A stretch of 64,000 nucleotides of DNA from the NCBI GenBank assembly GCA_964016885.1, contig CAXHJY010000684.1, positions 21,308-85,307 on the forward strand, read 5' to 3'. The notes beneath the pieces were generated by a model. The model had not been told where the DNA came from. It searched no databases and was given only the letters and a program-made list of their open reading frames with translations. Both the position numbers and the translations under genes were made by a program. This DNA is from Eledone cirrhosa (Eukaryota). Positions 59,258 through 64,000 of the stretch are shown piece after piece (positions within the stretch are counted from its first letter, which is position 1; each line of letters starts with the position of its first letter).

Positions 59258-59345
<88 letters not shown>

Positions 59346-59496
59346 GTAATAATAGTAATAATAATAATAACAACAACAACAACAACAGCAAGAACAACAA
59401 CAACAACAACGACAACAACAACGACAACAACAACAACAACAATAATGATAATAATGTAATTATAATAAAATAATATAATGATAATAATATTAATAA

Positions 59497-60200
59497 TAAT
59501 TGTTTCAACTTTTGGCACAAGGCCAACAATTATACAAGTGTATTACTGGTACTTTATTTTATCGACCCCGTAAGGATTAAAGGCAAAGTTAACCTCGGTA
59601 ATAATGTTAATAATTGTTTCTTCTTTCGGCACAAGGCCAGCAATTACCCAGTGCATTACTGGTACTTTATTTTATCGACCCTGTAAGGATGAAAGGCAAA
59701 GTTAACCTCGACGGGATTTGAACTCAGAATGGCAAGGGCCGTAACTCTATGCGTCAAAGCCTGGCGTCCGACCCTCTACCGATACTGCCAAGTCAATAAT
59801 AATTGTTTCTACTTTCGACACAAGGCCAGCAATTACCCCAGTTGATATTATATCGACCCCCCGTAGGGATGAAAAGCAAAGTTAACCTCGGCGGGAATTG
59901 AACTCAGAATGGCAAGGGCCGTAACTCTATGCTAAAAAAGAAGCATGGCGTCCGACCCTCTACCGATACTGCAGTCAATAACAATGCTATAGGATTGATG
60001 GTAGCAACTAGGGCGGTGGATTGGCAATATCGGTAGAGAGTCGGACACCATGCTTTGAAGCATAGAGTGACGTCCTTTTATGATCTGAGTTCAAATCCCG
60101 CCGAGGTTAACTTTGCCTTTCATCCTTACGGGGTCGATAAAATAAAGTACCAATAATGTACTGAGTAATTGCTGGCCTTGTGCCTAAAATAAAAACAATT
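59497..60200. mobile_element. SINE A cluster: three minus-strand copies (59497-59598, 59610-59793, 59799-59972) and one plus-strand copy (60011-60200)
   Basis: Each matches the family consensus; the last two are head-to-head. Confidence 0.9.
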
Positions 60201-60530
60201 GATGGTAACATTGAATAAAGAAAACTTTAAAGTAGGAAAAGAGGTTGATTACAATTCTTTACATGAGACAAACGAAATATTTTAAAAATAGAATATACAG
60301 ATCGTAGCAGACAAAAACAAGTTTTAAATAATTACAACAAAAACAACAACGACAATAATAATGATAATAACTGGAGGAGGAATAACAGTAGCGACAACAA
60401 CGTAGGTAATGATGTCGATAATGATATTGATGATTCTGATGATGGTAATGATGATTCTGATGATGATAGAAGTAACAATATGAGTAAGAACAACATCAAC
60501 AACAATAGTCGTTGTAGTAGTAGTAGTAGT

Positions 60531-60571
<41 letters not shown>

Positions 60572-60665
60572 TAGTGATAACAATGATACAACTTTTAATA
60601 ATAATGACACAGTGACAACAATAATAACAACAACAACAACAACAATAATAATAATGATAATAATG

Positions 60666-60698
<33 letters not shown>

Positions 60699-60988
60699 TA
60701 GATGTTGATAATATATGCAAATAATAACAAAAATGAATATAAAGAATCAATTTTACAAATGAAACCGAAATATAAATTTCCAAAAAATAATGATAATAAT
60801 AACAAGACGACAGCATCTAATAAACAAATCAATAAAAACATAAAGCATTCAAAACAAAATTCAAGATGAAGTAGAAGTAGCAGAAAATGAAGCTCAAGGG
60901 TAAAACTAGATCAAAGAAGGTGATAACATGTCATTTTTAAATAGTTAAACAATTTCCGAAGCTTCCAAAATCATGTCAGCGTATGCAC

Positions 60989-61119
<131 letters not shown>

Positions 61120-61120
61120 C

Positions 61121-61167
<47 letters not shown>

Positions 61168-61491
61168 CATACATGTACGTACATACATATGAATATACGT
61201 ATATATATTTATATAAATATATATTTGTCTGTCTGTATGTGCATGTGTTTTATGATCATGTCAATAGATATACATGCAGAATTCCAGAAATAAATTTATA
61301 CGCTCACTCATGCAAACATTTAAACGCACATACACACACATACTCACACACACACACACACACACACGCACACACACACATATATATATATATCCAGGGA
61401 GTGTAACTGAGTTACTCTAGGTTCACCGGGTCAGCACTCGATGTTTGGGTTCATTTCAGTGTCGAGGTGTAGAGCTAGACAGAGTGTAGTA

Positions 61492-62150
<659 letters not shown>

Positions 62151-62162
62151 TATATATATATA

Positions 62163-62375
62163 TTGGGAATCACTGCTTTAGATGGTGAAAATAACGAGGG
62201 TTTGTCTAAGAATACCCTTGAATGAATTTGAAAGAAAACAATGAAGAAATTAACCAATAAACAAAGAAGGAATGAAGAAATAATAAAGAAACAAGAGGGA
62301 GAAAATTTGTGAAATAAGCAAGACGGTCTAGAATTCCATTATAAAATTGTAAAGGGTTTCCACATAAATTCTCCA

Positions 62376-62422
<47 letters not shown>

Positions 62423-62666
62423 TATTGTGCATGTATACTTTATTGCGTCTGTTTGGAGAATTTATGTGGAAACCCTTTACAATTTTATAATGGAATTCTA
62501 GACCGTTTTGCTTATTTCACAAATTTTCTCCCTCTTGTTTCTTTATTATTTCTTCATTCCTTCTTTGTTTATTGGTTAATTTCTTCATTGTTTTCTTTCA
62601 AATTCATTCAAGGGTATTCTTAGACAAACCCTCGTTATTTTCACCATCTAAAGCAGTGATTCCCAA
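62163..62666. repeat. Inverted repeat, 217-bp arms (62163-62379 and 62450-62666)
   Basis: One mismatch seen; left arm bounded by (TA)n on both sides. Confidence 0.95.
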
Positions 62667-62837
62667 AGTGGATTCTGCAGAAGCCAAGGGTTCTGTAAAA
62701 CAGTGTCTGGTGTTCCGTGAAAAAAGGTGGTGGAGTATATTTATATTACGACCATATAACAGTATTAGACGTTGGGTTTCCCTCAAAAGATGCTAAACAT
62801 AAAAGAGTTCCGCGTTTGAAAAGGTTTGGGAAATCCG
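62654..62837. mobile_element. hAT/Charlie-like MITE
   Basis: Begins CAGTGATTCCCAAA and ends with decayed TTTGGGAAATCCG; internal GGTTCTG/GTTCCG sub-terminal motifs. Confidence 0.55.
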
Positions 62838-63119
62838 TCAGAAATATAGTACATAATACATCATATCGAGAAAAATATTGAATGATTACGACTAGAACTT
62901 ATAGTTTTAAATTTTTTTCTGTTAGTGGATGGTTGCCCCAAACATTTTAGGCCATCGAACCACTATAGGGTACCAATGAACCTTAAGCGACCCCAAGCAT
63001 CTACAATAGGTAAATAAATAAATCGATAAACAGAACATAAAATATATAGACCTTAATGATTAATTTCATATAAATCAGAAACCTGTATAAGTGAGTTGTA
63101 TTTTATTGTATTAGTTCTT

Positions 63120-63392
63120 TCTAGCCTTTTATCCTTACGGGGTCGATAAAATAAACCACCAGTAATGTACTGGAGTCGATTGAACTACTTTCCCCAACCT
63201 AAACAATTGCTGGCCTTGTGCCTATATAAAAGAAAACATTATTTCTTGTAGTATAGGCCATGCATTTTATGTTCTGAGTTCAAATCCCGCTGAGGTTAAC
63301 TTTGCCTATCATACTTACGTGGTCGAAAAACTAAAGTACCAGTAATGCACTGGAGTAATTGCTGGCCTTGTGCCAAAAGTTGAAACAATTAT
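63120..63392 (+). mobile_element. Two SINE A fragments (one long and one short subfamily)
   Basis: Core and tail at 63120-63242; B box, core and tail at 63265-63392. Confidence 0.82.
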
Positions 63393-63576
63393 TTCATGCA
63401 TTTCAATTTCTTATATAAACTTATATAAATGTCAGGCTTACACCAATATTCTTTCGACACTGTGGGTTATCCCATCGACTCCTGAGGATGATATAGACCA
63501 CATTGGAGACGTCTAGTTTAAGCAATCATCAGAAAACATCACATGATTAGCAATTCATTTTATAAAACTGCTCTCC

Positions 63577-63650
<74 letters not shown>

Positions 63651-63652
63651 TC

Positions 63653-63716
<64 letters not shown>

Positions 63717-64000
63717 CTCTCTCCTCTCTCTCTCTATTGTCATACTTTTACTCTTTTATTTTCAATATGATAATTGATTAAGAAAAAAACAAAACAAATT
63801 AATTTTAAATGTAAAAAAAAAAAAAAAATTTAAAACGGGAGAAAATTTTGATTGTAATATAATATTTAAGATATATGCTTTTCTTAACATATAGAATAAT
63901 ATGAAAAAGAAAAACAAGGCGATCATGATAACAGTAGATAATAATATTTAATATTGTTAAATAATAATGACATTTAAGATATGTGAATCACTTAAAAGGA

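Overview
Animal genomic DNA, very AT-rich and saturated with microsatellites. The SINE families and repeat landscape suggest a coleoid cephalopod (Octopus-like); this is an inference. No host protein-coding exon can be supported, and nearly all listed ORFs are microsatellite translations. The window holds about 28 copies or fragments of one tRNA-derived SINE (several with 11-14 bp TSDs) and two further SINE families. It also holds R4/Dong-type restriction-like-endonuclease LINE relics in (TAA)n, a Tx1-type LINE in (TATC)n, an RTE-like 3' end, a Penelope-like element (PLE) relic with a GIY-YIG domain and a 5' inversion, a non-autonomous Helitron and two MITEs. Two unexplained patterns stand out. 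(1) At least 13 inverted duplications (arms about 10-217 bp) are tied to (TA)n tracts: unique 'islands' inside TA runs are reverse-complement copies of nearby flanks, in one case of both flanks. (2) Many TA-bounded islands carry minimal type-I hammerhead ribozyme motifs, one of which links by homology to the 3' end of the PLE relic. All coordinates and alignments were read by eye.
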